From a virus: a stretch of DNA of 64,000 nt. Location: IMG/VR virus record IMGVR_UViG_3300020198_001494, positions 31,202 through 95,201 of that record. The stretch is one strand, 5' to 3'. The notes beneath the pieces are model-generated. The model did not search any database and was not told where the DNA came from. It saw only the letters and a program-made list of their open reading frames with translations. Positions 1-9,575 of this stretch are shown here, piece after piece (position 1 is the first letter of the stretch; each line of letters starts with the position of its first letter). The translations under genes and the position numbers were made by a program.

Positions 1-3000
1 CTTTTTTTACTTGTATTGAATTATAAAAATCAAAATTACTATATTTCTTAAATACTTTCTTCAGATTCCCTGGCAATTTTTCATAAATAGTTTTATATAT
101 TTTAGAATTTATTTTTCCTAAAATTTCTTTTGTAATCTCTTTTCCTACACCGCTAGCTTTAGTAACTGAAGCCAATTTTTCAGGCGTCATACCTTTTTTT
201 CTACTATTTAAAAATGGATGAAGAAGAAAAGATCCAGGATCTACTAAAATGCTTCCCCCTGCACGAGTCCCTTGTCCTGGTTTATGCAAACGAATACCCA
301 TGTGGATATGTGTCGGTCCTATTGACTTTCCACCAACTATCCAGGGATCAACCCAAGCGAGTACCTGACCTGCTTCTATCCTACCCCCTGTTTTAAGATT
401 AGCTGGAAATTTCGGACCTAAGTGAGTTATATATATCTCAAATTGCCTACCAGCAGAATCTGGATCAGTTACATAAGTAATACTAGCGCCGTAAGGATTA
501 ACTCCACCCTTAGGTTTAAAAGGGGACCAAGAACTTATTTTTATAATTTTACCCCCTCTTATTGCTAAAACTGGAGAACCGGTTGGTGCCCCTATATCCT
601 GACCAGGATTACCCCAAAAAGACCCAGGACCGTGACCTCCCCTTTTTTTATGATCTTCCGGACCACCAATATTTTTAATATCCCTTACCTCATTAGAAAA
701 TGGAAAAACATAATCACCTATATGAACTATTGAATCCGGAGTTACTGATACTGGACCAGTAACAACCCCAACATTACTACTACCACCACTAAAACCAAGT
801 TTAGCTAACTTTTCTAACCAATCTACTATTGCATCAACACCAACAGCTAAAGCACTATCTTTTGCAATCCATCCTACTAATGTATTAACGAAATATTCTA
901 GCCCTATTTTAAGTACTTCAGTAAAATCTTTGGTTCCAGACAGTATTCTGGCACCCATAAAGTCGTGTATTTCAGAAAATTTTACTGTAAGAGACTCTAA
1001 ACCTTTTTGGTCTTTCTTTAAAAGATCTGCTAAGGAATCTGCATTTTTTGAACCATCCACATTATCTTTAGACTCTGAAAATTTCTCTGCTACAATAAGT
1101 TTTATATAAGCAGGATCCTTACCGTACATCTTTACAACATCTCCTAATCTAGCAACAAGTTCAGCGCGGTTATTTGGAATTTTACCAAACTTTTCTTTAA
1201 CTAAATCTAATAGCTGTTTTTTATCTCTTTCTATAAGAGGTGATATAACAAATTTCTGTGCTGTATACAACATACTAGCAATTTCATCCATATTATTAAC
1301 ATCAACGTTCCCGAAAATTTTAAGGAAATGCTTAAGATTACTTATCTCAGTTTCCGCCATTATTATCTTTTCTGTATCATGAGATTTTCTATAATGGCCA
1401 ATAGAACTTTCTACCTCTTTTATTTTTGCATGAACTGAAGAAACTATACTATCTACTAGTGCTTGATTATCACCATTGGAAGCTAACAAGCTATCTCTTA
1501 GTAACTCTAACGGATCCTTATCTGTTTTTCTTTCTATCAAATCACCCATTAATTTATTGGCTTGTTCCCAGCCAAATACCCCAGTTCTTACTGCTTTTAA
1601 TAACAGGTGCCCTACTTGAGTAGATTTATTATTAAATAGATTTAGTCTATTTGATATATTAGTAACAGCTTTTAAAAAATCTGAAGGATTAACATCTGCT
1701 AATTCTGACATATTGTATATAGTAACTAAATCATCATTTATAGAATCAAAAGACTGACCAAATCCACTTACCCAATTACCCACATGTTGAGCTAATTCTT
1801 TTCTATCGAAACCAAATAATGCCGCTAAATTTGCTAATTTTGTTAGCGGCTCTTTATACTCTGGAACATCATATTTTTTATTTAATTTAAAGTAACTAGG
1901 ATCTAATTTCATTCCACCTTTAGCTAAAGATGATAACATTTCAATATAATTTTCTGCGCTTAAATTTGTCTCTATATTTTCTAAATCTATCAAATAACTT
2001 CTTACTTTATTAAAAGTCTCTCTCCAAAACTTTTTCTTATCCGGTACATTAATATCTATCGGAATATTATAAGCTCCTACTGCTAACAATATTTCTTTAT
2101 TTAATTTATTAGACCACTCCTGCATTGAAATTATCTTCTGAATGGCCCACGCTGCAACTGTTAATAATTTTAAAAATCCTGGCAATTTAGTAAATACTTC
2201 ATTTCCCAGTTTTGTAACAAGCAGTCCAGTTTTTATATATATATTTACTACATTATCCCAACCTTTTGTTTCTGGTGCTCCTTTAGAAATTCTAACTTTT
2301 GCCCTACCGTACCATCCACCTAGTTTTCCTCCTTTTAGAGCAGCGGCAACGGCTTTTCGTTGTCCATATATAATCATTTTAGCTAAAACATCTGAACCAG
2401 ATTTTACTACATTATATAAATCACCGCTTTTTGCTGATTTTGAAAAAGATCCTACCTGTCCTGTAAATCCCTTAAATGATTTTATTAAGGAAGTGGAATC
2501 CTCTGATAGTCCTTCGCTACCTCTAGATAAATCTTCTACTACTCTTTTTGCATGCCAAGAAAAATCTGCTGCACTTTTATTACCCTCTCTTAATGCCGCA
2601 ACAAATTTTTCTGCTATATCTAACTGTATAGCTATTTCTTTGTACTTATCCCAGCCTGGAACATTATCATAATCTTTTTTATCTGCTTCAATAGAATCCT
2701 CTAGATTTTTAATATTTGCTTCTGCTTGTTTAGTCTCTACCAAAAATTTTGTTAAGTCCGTCATAGTAACTAAATCTGGGTTTAAAAAAGCTGTTTGTAT
2801 CACCTCTTCCATTAAATTTCTAGTGACAGATTTCATTCTGGAAACTTCTTTTGCTGCGGTACTAGATAAAATATCTAATGAACCGAAAGATTCTATAGAT
2901 TCACCAAGTTTTTCATTAATGTCACCTCTTATCTTTATAATATCATTTACTAGATCATTTACCTCATCTTCAGTTAGTCCCTTTTTATCAAATATTTTTG

Positions 3001-3202
3001 AAAAGTCACTTGAATCTCTTGCAGCATATTTTTTTGCAGCGTCTAAAAATCTGCTTAATTCTTCTATTTCATCGTTTACTTTTTTATAAAAAGTGCTACC
3101 ACTGACTTTATATTGTGCCTCAAAGCTCTCTTTACCTTGAGATACATTACTTCTTAAGTCACCAAGATGTCCTAAAAATTTACTAAACTCACTTTTAGAC
3201 AT
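1..3202 (-). CDS. Tape measure protein with M23-family peptidase domain (runs off the left edge)
   Basis: Not in the ORF track because no stop falls inside the window. I translated both ends (MSKSEFSKFLGH... from ATG 3202, and the last ~780 nt to base 1); they share one frame. The N-terminal part is helical. Near 300-650 it reads GQDIGAPTGSPVLAIRGGKI...YITHL...GGRIEAGQVLAWV...GPTHIHMG, the M23 pattern with HxH. It follows tube and chaperone genes. Confidence 0.8.
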   Translation of the reverse strand, partial: MSKSEFSKFLGHLGDLRSNVSQGKESFEAQYKVSGSTFYKKVNDEIEELSRFLDAAKKYAARDSSDFSKIFDKKGLTEDEVNDLVNDIIKIRGDINEKLGESIESFGSLDILSSTAAKEVSRMKSVTRNLMEEVIQTAFLNPDLVTMTDLTKFLVETKQAEANIKNLEDSIEADKKDYDNVPGWDKYKEIAIQLDIAEKFVAALREGNKSAADFSWHAKRVVEDLSRGSEGLSEDSTSLIKSFKGFTGQVGSFSKSAKSGDLYNVVKSGSDVLAKMIIYGQRKAVAAALKGGKLGGWYGRAKVRISKGAPETKGWDNVVNIYIKTGLLVTKLGNEVFTKLPGFLKLLTVAAWAIQKIISMQEWSNKLNKEILLAVGAYNIPIDINVPDKKKFWRETFNKVRSYLIDLENIETNLSAENYIEMLSSLAKGGMKLDPSYFKLNKKYDVPEYKEPLTKLANLAALFGFDRKELAQHVGNWVSGFGQSFDSINDDLVTIYNMSELADVNPSDFLKAVTNISNRLNLFNNKSTQVGHLLLKAVRTGVFGWEQANKLMGDLIERKTDKDPLELLRDSLLASNGDNQALVDSIVSSVHAKIKEVESSIGHYRKSHDTEKIIMAETEISNLKHFLKIFGNVDVNNMDEIASMLYTAQKFVISPLIERDKKQLLDLVKEKFGKIPNNRAELVARLGDVVKMYGKDPAYIKLIVAEKFSESKDNVDGSKNADSLADLLKKDQKGLESLTVKFSEIHDFMGARILSGTKDFTEVLKIGLEYFVNTLVGWIAKDSALAVGVDAIVDWLEKLAKLGFSGGSSNVGVVTGPVSVTPDSIVHIGDYVFPFSNEVRDIKNIGGPEDHKKRGGHGPGSFWGNPGQDIGAPTGSPVLAIRGGKIIKISSWSPFKPKGGVNPYGASITYVTDPDSAGRQFEIYITHLGPKFPANLKTGGRIEAGQVLAWVDPWIVGGKSIGPTHIHMGIRLHKPGQGTRAGGSILVDPGSFLLHPFLNSRKKGMTPEKLASVTKASGVGKEITKEILGKINSKIYKTIYEKLPGNLKKVFKKYSNFDFYNSIQVKK

Positions 3203-3207
3203 ATTAA

Positions 3208-4491
3208 CTATGCCTCAAATGAGTTATTTACAGGTCTTCCGCCTCTATTTATATGTCCTGTATAATTGCCTTGAAGATGTGGGGGTAAATCTATTGGTAG
3301 GATAGTAGATTTAGCTGTAGCCCTCATGGGCGTAATATCCTCATACATTTCTGGGGGAATCTCGAATTCTTTGTCTATCTGATCAAAGATCTCCTTACTT
3401 ATACCTAAAGATGAACATAATAGATCCTTTTGCTCATCTTCATCCATATCTCTTTCAGAGTAACTTTGGAATGTAAACAGATTTTGATCCGAAATAGATT
3501 TCCATTCTAACTCGTGTTTTTTAAATAATTTATCCTCTTCTACTTCCTCACCATTAAAGTAATGTCTTCTTCTTTCTAGCCTTTCTATTTTTAGTTTATG
3601 TTGTTGACGTTTATATTCTCGATATTCCTCTACAGTTTGATTTTTAACTTCATCCATCATCAATTCATGATCATCTTTTCCGCCACTACAAACTAGCTCA
3701 GCCTCTCTTATTATCTTATCTAGCTCTGAGTCTTTATTCCTAACGTATTGAATTATATCTAGATCATCTTCTTCAATTTCTTCACTAACCTTTCCTAATC
3801 TCTTATTGTAAATGAACCTAGCCCTTCTTTTTACTACTTCTCTATAGTGTAATTCTTCATTTTTCTGCTCCTGTACTTCTCTTTCTATTTGCTGTGAAGC
3901 TTTAGTGTTCAAGAAAAGACCTAACCACCTAATATAGCTCCACTGTACCTCAAATTTATCTTTTGAATCTTCCTCTACATTAAAACGTGACCACTCTCTT
4001 TGGATAACATTAATACCAAGCATTTCTGTTCCAGGTATAGTAGTCAAAGAAGAAGAGTTAATTTGCAATCCTTTATATGCTTTCCAATACCTTCTAGACT
4101 CCTGTTCATAACAAAAAGACTCTAACATCTCAATAGCATCTATATGTCTTTTTCTAAGAACTAGCAGCTTAACTAAAGCTCTCTCTAACCCCTTTCTGGG
4201 CCATTTTCTTAAAAAATTATATATTACATCTAAAAAATTTTCTCTATTTTCTAATATATTTATTCCATTTATCTGAGATATCGAATATGCTACAAACCAA
4301 GTATCATATACAATATTTCTATCTTTGATACTAATAGGAGTTCTGTCATCTATTCTTTGCCTTTCAAAATCATTAATAGTTTTAAAGGTTATATCAACAC
4401 CGCCAAAAGTAACTTTTGTTGTTATAAATCCTTTAAATAGAAGCTCCTTCAGATCTATATAAATATCTGATTCTTCTGAAGGTTTTTTCAC
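3208..4491 (-). CDS. Tail assembly chaperone (long, GT-like)
   Basis: Lies between tail tube and tape measure. N-terminal ~130 aa resemble the 162-aa neighbour; C-terminus is charged and helical. Confidence 0.55.
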   Translation of the reverse strand: MKKPSEESDIYIDLKELLFKGFITTKVTFGGVDITFKTINDFERQRIDDRTPISIKDRNIVYDTWFVAYSISQINGINILENRENFLDVIYNFLRKWPRKGLERALVKLLVLRKRHIDAIEMLESFCYEQESRRYWKAYKGLQINSSSLTTIPGTEMLGINVIQREWSRFNVEEDSKDKFEVQWSYIRWLGLFLNTKASQQIEREVQEQKNEELHYREVVKRRARFIYNKRLGKVSEEIEEDDLDIIQYVRNKDSELDKIIREAELVCSGGKDDHELMMDEVKNQTVEEYREYKRQQHKLKIERLERRRHYFNGEEVEEDKLFKKHELEWKSISDQNLFTFQSYSERDMDEDEQKDLLCSSLGISKEIFDQIDKEFEIPPEMYEDITPMRATAKSTILPIDLPPHLQGNYTGHINRGGRPVNNSFEA

Positions 4492-4512
4492 ATTTAATTA
4501 CTTAAGTACAGT

Positions 4513-5001
4513 CTATGCTTCACCATCTTCGGAATCTTCCATATTTTCTAAAACATCAGCTTGTGCTATTAACTCATTTATTATCTGCTCTTCGGTTTTA
4601 TCTGGGTTGATTTCTCTTTCTAACTCTGCTACTAACTCTGCATAAGCAAAGAAAAGTCTATCTACAACTGACTGACCCCACTTTCCTATAATATCCCTGA
4701 AATACTTATGCTTCTCCACCTTCACTGGTTTACCATCAATTTCTTCCGGGGTATCTATAACATCTAGGCTATCTACACGAAAACCGTCAATAGCTTTAAT
4801 TGATCTAACAACGGTTTCTAGCTTCATTTTATATACATAAGAAAGTTTTGTATCATTGGCTAAGAAATCTTGTACAGCAGCCTCTTCATCTGCCCCAAGT
4901 ATACCAATAGTTACCTTTATCTTACCTACGGAAACTTCCTTTTCTCTGTAAAACTCTTTGCTAGCTTCTTCAATTTTTCCTAGAATATCTTTAAGATCCA
5001 T
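4513..5001 (-). CDS. Tail assembly chaperone (short, G-like)
   Basis: Acidic 162-aa protein directly after the tail tube gene, the usual chaperone position. Confidence 0.6.
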   Translation of the reverse strand: MDLKDILGKIEEASKEFYREKEVSVGKIKVTIGILGADEEAAVQDFLANDTKLSYVYKMKLETVVRSIKAIDGFRVDSLDVIDTPEEIDGKPVKVEKHKYFRDIIGKWGQSVVDRLFFAYAELVAELEREINPDKTEEQIINELIAQADVLENMEDSEDGEA

Positions 5002-5033
5002 ATTTAAATTTTATTAACCTCATATAAATTTAA

Positions 5034-5059
5034 AAGGCCCGTCTACATAGAAGGGCCTT
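5034..5059 (-). terminator. Intrinsic terminator/hairpin after tail tube gene
   Basis: AAGGCCC...GGGCCTT inverted repeat followed by Ts on the minus strand. Confidence 0.6.
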
Positions 5060-5081
5060 AAAAAGAATTTAGAAAATAATG

Positions 5082-5807
5082 TTACGTTGCCTTATTGGCG
5101 TGAACCGGTGCTGTATTACCTCTAATTAGTGTTGATGTAGCCTCAGCCTTCATCAGTTGGTCGCTTCCTTTTATCTTAGCATTTAAATCTCTACCGCCTG
5201 CAAATACATCAGTTACAGAAATTTCGCAGTCTTCATTAACTATAGTAGTTTCAGCTTGTACAGTATAATTATAACCAGTCATCCAACAACCTGCATAAAA
5301 AGTAAGTATAGCTTTAGCATCAGAACCCAACAGTAACGAATCCGAATTTCCTCCTGGATCTACCTGACCGGAACCGAAATCTTTACTAGTGGAGAGTTCT
5401 TTATGTGGTATAATATCAACAGCAGAAGTCAAAATTTCTTGAGCTATATCAAAGGGCCATCTGTGGTGTTTTAATGCCCTAACTAAGCCATCTATACCAC
5501 CTAAATAGCCAAATACTTGGAACATATTAGCTAGATAAAGTGCGGTTCTAGTTACGGAAATAGTAATTGGCTCTGAAGCAGTTGGAACAAGCTCAGCTAT
5601 TTGATCTCCAAACCCAATACCCCTAACTGGCTCAACATTTCTATTGTCTTTGGGATTAAACTGACCTATAACACCTATTATTTCAGGTGCGGTCCCGCCA
5701 GCAGCAACAGCTTTAACCCTATTCCTAGAACTCATAAATGTTCTTGTTTGCGGTGTTACTCCCACCCTATATATGGACGATGAAGGATTGTTTGGTGTAT
5801 ACGCCAT
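5082..5807 (-). CDS. Tail tube protein
   Basis: Directly downstream of the sheath. 241 aa with the beta-rich tube pattern IGVIGQFNP...VRGIG...ELVP...ITISVTRTALY. Strong SD (GGAGA). Confidence 0.75.
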   Translation of the reverse strand: MAYTPNNPSSSIYRVGVTPQTRTFMSSRNRVKAVAAGGTAPEIIGVIGQFNPKDNRNVEPVRGIGFGDQIAELVPTASEPITISVTRTALYLANMFQVFGYLGGIDGLVRALKHHRWPFDIAQEILTSAVDIIPHKELSTSKDFGSGQVDPGGNSDSLLLGSDAKAILTFYAGCWMTGYNYTVQAETTIVNEDCEISVTDVFAGGRDLNAKIKGSDQLMKAEATSTLIRGNTAPVHANKAT

Positions 5808-5825
5808 TTTTTATATCTCCTATAA

Positions 5826-8633
5826 TTAAGCTCTTACGCTAAGAGTCAATCTAATCCACGAAACACTGAATACTGGTTTATACTTTGCTACAGCTTGAAT
5901 TATTGTTGGATCTAGTGGATCTACATGAACTTCTACACCAGAATAATCTGATAATATAGAGGAGGATTTTAGGAACTCTAATGTACCTTTTAATGATGAC
6001 TCCATATCTCCAATCAAACTGGGAAGATTCTTCTTACCGATAAACGACTCAAGAGATGCTCTAGAGTCTTGCTGAACTTTATCAATGATCAACGTAACAT
6101 ACGGAGTTCTGGTAAGAACGTTGCTCATATCTGATGTAAACCATTGTCTTACTCTTATAGTAGGCTTTAGATCTTCAAGAACTGTAATACCTGCTATAGC
6201 AACTTGATTAGCTTCAACAGCATCTAGAACTCTAGAAAGTCTCTTGAATCCAACAAGCTCTTTTCTGGTCATGTCTGTAGCTACATCATATTGTGGTGAA
6301 ACCAACTTACCTGCCATAGCAGCAGCTAACATTGATCCATCCACTAAATACTCATTCTCTACACCCATTTCATCAACAATACCGAGAATTACTCCTTCCG
6401 GATAAAGTAATGTCATCCTGCTAGTGGATAATCCAGGTGCGAGTTGCTGAGCCTTAACTGGTGTAGTACCGATTGGGAAACCTAGTACAGCAACCCTCTC
6501 CGCTTGATACCGCTCTGAGGACATTCTTTCACAATGAGTCTTTAAGTAAGCCTGAACATCACCGGCTGTAGTTAGTGGAACAATAATATCAGCGTTATAA
6601 AGATTTTGAATCTTCTTCTCTAACTCTGTAATAGCATTAATATATGCTGTAGAATTAGCATCGGATTTACCAAACTCTCTTTTAATTTGTTTAATAGCAA
6701 CGGCTTGAGCACCGTTCAAGAAAGCTAAATGAGCGGCTAATGACACTTTATTATCAATAGATATCGTGCCGTATTCAGCTTCGATAGCTTTTTCTTTAGT
6801 CCAAACCTTGGCGCTGTAATCAGTTTTATCCCACTTATAAGAAGTATAGTAAAACTCACCAATAGAGGGCTCAAGGCCAGATTTATTATATGTTTTTACT
6901 ATAGCCGTATCATCAACACCGACATCTTTAGTATTAAGGACATAAAGTTTAATACCTGATATATCTAGAACCGCACCAGGATCAGTTGTATACTCATATT
7001 CTGAAGTAACTACAAATACTATCTTATCGTCAGCAGCAAAAGTAAGATTTGCATCAGCATCCGGCCATACGGTAAATCTAACCCCAGTTTTAGGATCTAC
7101 GTAGGTACGACCAACCTTACCTTTATTTGCATTATTAGTGGTAACAGAACCAGAACCAGTATTTACATTAGAAGATACTGTAAACTCTGTAGAACTTGTA
7201 AAAGTTAAGGTAACTTTTTCAGTTATTGAATACCCCATAACAGTTTGAAGATCCGAAACACCACCAGGCCATAATTTAGCCTCAGCATAATCGGTATCGG
7301 CAATACTAGTTTCACCGCCAGAACTAGTTTTAGGACTAACTATAGCATGTGCAGGTTTTCCGCTTGTTAAGCTAGATAACTTATATTTACCGGTACCTGA
7401 CGCTCCAGCTACAGTGCATTTAACTGTATAAGTTTCATCCACTAACATGTTATACCAGTAAGTGACTTCAACTACGGCTGTTTTAGCTACAGCAGCCGAT
7501 AAAATGATATTCTTGTTAGCATGATCCACATAGCTAACTTTACTTAAATTTCCGTCTACCCATACAGATACTTTAGAGTAGTCTTTTGTTGGTCTGCCTA
7601 AGCCAGAACCATCAGTCGGTGTATAAGATACCTTCCATGTCATAGTTGTTGCATCATTTACACTCGCTAATACAGCAGTAGCCAACTCTTTATGCATATG
7701 GTTATCTATAAGGGTGGATAACACCTGAGTATCATCAAAATACTCGGCTTTCGGAGTATGATCACCAAATTTAACTAAATAGGAATGACCCCAATTAATA
7801 CGATCACCCTCATTTACGTAATCGTATCCTTCAGCATAATCCATCTTACCAGGGAATTTACCCATAGATATCATAGAAGAGACACCTTTATTCGGTAGAG
7901 GATCAAAAGTATCTTGGTAGGTATTTGTCCAATAAGTAACTAAAACTGTTTTTCCATCCGCTGGAGCAGCAGCTAAAGTAATGACGCCATTAGTACCGTC
8001 AACTGAAGAAACAACTACTGCCACACCATCGACTTTTACAGTTACTTTAGAAATATCTGTAGTGGTAACTCCACCGCCTGTACCATCAACTATTCTTGGG
8101 TAAAGAACATAAAAATCTTTTCTAGTACCATTAACTTGATTCGATAGATCTTCATCAATCCTTTGAGTATCACCACGATGATAATAATAAGTAACAGTTA
8201 CGGTATCAGTAGATAGTGGTAATTGAGATAACCAGATATCACCAGTTTCCCCTACTACCTTAGCTACACCAGCAGGCTCATCATTAATCAAAACCTGAAC
8301 ACTACTAATACTGTTAGACGTGACCCCCTTGCCTGCACCGTCCACAATTGGAAAATTTCTCACTCGGATACGGTTTAATGTACCGTCATTATCAACAAGC
8401 TTATTTAGCTCATTTACGAATCTACCGGACATATCCTCTTTATTAGAAAGAGTATCAACTGAAGCTGAAGAACCGCGAACCATCTCAAGGTTCAATTTTG
8501 TATAAGTTTCAGAACCAACACCTATAATTACTGGAATTCTCGCACCAGCAGCACCGGAAGCCCCATCGGCAGCTACTATAGTATTGGTATAAACACCTGG
8601 CGGAACATATGAAGTGAAAGGACCGATACCCAT
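5826..8633 (-). CDS. Contractile tail sheath protein with inserted beta domains
   Basis: N-terminal YVPPGVYT and C-terminal sheath core (HCERMS...ERVAVLG...AAAMAG...YKPVFSVSWI). Three internal repeats of an ~90-aa beta domain. Confidence 0.9.
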   Translation of the reverse strand: MGIGPFTSYVPPGVYTNTIVAADGASGAAGARIPVIIGVGSETYTKLNLEMVRGSSASVDTLSNKEDMSGRFVNELNKLVDNDGTLNRIRVRNFPIVDGAGKGVTSNSISSVQVLINDEPAGVAKVVGETGDIWLSQLPLSTDTVTVTYYYHRGDTQRIDEDLSNQVNGTRKDFYVLYPRIVDGTGGGVTTTDISKVTVKVDGVAVVVSSVDGTNGVITLAAAPADGKTVLVTYWTNTYQDTFDPLPNKGVSSMISMGKFPGKMDYAEGYDYVNEGDRINWGHSYLVKFGDHTPKAEYFDDTQVLSTLIDNHMHKELATAVLASVNDATTMTWKVSYTPTDGSGLGRPTKDYSKVSVWVDGNLSKVSYVDHANKNIILSAAVAKTAVVEVTYWYNMLVDETYTVKCTVAGASGTGKYKLSSLTSGKPAHAIVSPKTSSGGETSIADTDYAEAKLWPGGVSDLQTVMGYSITEKVTLTFTSSTEFTVSSNVNTGSGSVTTNNANKGKVGRTYVDPKTGVRFTVWPDADANLTFAADDKIVFVVTSEYEYTTDPGAVLDISGIKLYVLNTKDVGVDDTAIVKTYNKSGLEPSIGEFYYTSYKWDKTDYSAKVWTKEKAIEAEYGTISIDNKVSLAAHLAFLNGAQAVAIKQIKREFGKSDANSTAYINAITELEKKIQNLYNADIIVPLTTAGDVQAYLKTHCERMSSERYQAERVAVLGFPIGTTPVKAQQLAPGLSTSRMTLLYPEGVILGIVDEMGVENEYLVDGSMLAAAMAGKLVSPQYDVATDMTRKELVGFKRLSRVLDAVEANQVAIAGITVLEDLKPTIRVRQWFTSDMSNVLTRTPYVTLIIDKVQQDSRASLESFIGKKNLPSLIGDMESSLKGTLEFLKSSSILSDYSGVEVHVDPLDPTIIQAVAKYKPVFSVSWIRLTLSVRA

Positions 8634-8852
8634 AACTGATATACTCTCCTATATTTTTACAAAAATACCTGTAACATTATCTTTAACATTTAATTTACAT
8701 TTAGTAGGATATAAAACAAAAAGAGCCCACACAATTTACATATAAATGTAAATATAAATTTTTAAACTAATTCTTATTTAAATATAAATTTGGAGAGTGT
8801 ATTAAACAGTTATGATACACTACAAGAACAAAAAATAATAAAGATTTAAAAA

Positions 8853-9170
8853 TTATCCTGTAGTGAAATCGCTTCTTGTAAATTCTGTAGTACCACCGGT
8901 ACTCGTGGGGTCTTTTAAAACTCCTGGCTGTTCACCTGAGCCCCAATAAGTAGATTCCGATTTAACTCCACCTGGCGGTGATACATGTTTTTCTTTTTCT
9001 GGTAATTTATCATAAGGACACCCACAACCGCATCCCGGTGTACAGTAATTTTTTCCGCACCTACATCTATTTTTAGGGTCTTCAGCATCAGGCACACACC
9101 CGCAAGCTTTATAAGAAGCCTTTTTAAGCTCTCGGGCTATAGATCTTAACTCAGCTATTATTTTTTTCAT
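8853..9170 (-). CDS. Small Cys-rich protein with amphipathic leader (putative internal head protein)
   Basis: MKKIIAELRSIARELKKAS followed by CGC...CRC...C...CGCGC. Confidence 0.55.
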   Translation of the reverse strand: MKKIIAELRSIARELKKASYKACGCVPDAEDPKNRCRCGKNYCTPGCGCGCPYDKLPEKEKHVSPPGGVKSESTYWGSGEQPGVLKDPTSTGGTTEFTRSDFTTG

Positions 9171-9571
9171 ATTAATTTAACTGAAGGATCTTTTTTAAAT
9201 CCTCTGTCTAAAAGGTCATGAGCCTGTTTTCTTTCTTCAATTCTTTCTTTGCCAACCGGAGTAAAACCCTCTGCCCCAATTTCCATAGCAGTAGTACCAT
9301 ATTTTTCTCTAGCCTTTTTTACTTTTTGCTGCCTCTCCTCTATCTTTGTCCACCGTTTATCGGAATCTGATCCAACGATCTGATCTACTGTAGGGGTTGG
9401 TGTTCCATTTTTATATGAAACACCAACTTGTTGTGGTTTATAATACCTTTTTGATTCTTTTTTACATTTACTGCAAGGTGCTTTTAGGCTGTTTAAATCT
9501 TTTGGGAAAGTGTCAAAAATTTTATCAAACAACAAACTGCAATCTGAGCAATAAAATTCATACTTTGGCAT
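9167..9571 (-). CDS. FmdB-like zinc-ribbon protein
   Basis: MPKYEFYCSDC...CSKC signature. Probable start is the MPKY ATG at 9571, not 9592. Confidence 0.7.
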   Translation of the reverse strand: MPKYEFYCSDCSLLFDKIFDTFPKDLNSLKAPCSKCKKESKRYYKPQQVGVSYKNGTPTPTVDQIVGSDSDKRWTKIEERQQKVKKAREKYGTTAMEIGAEGFTPVGKERIEERKQAHDLLDRGFKKDPSVKLI

Positions 9572-9575
9572 AAAT

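Noticed and set aside
214-3089. Short plus-strand ORFs (214, 1426, 2142, 2823)
   Set aside because: They lie antisense to the long minus-strand tape measure frame.
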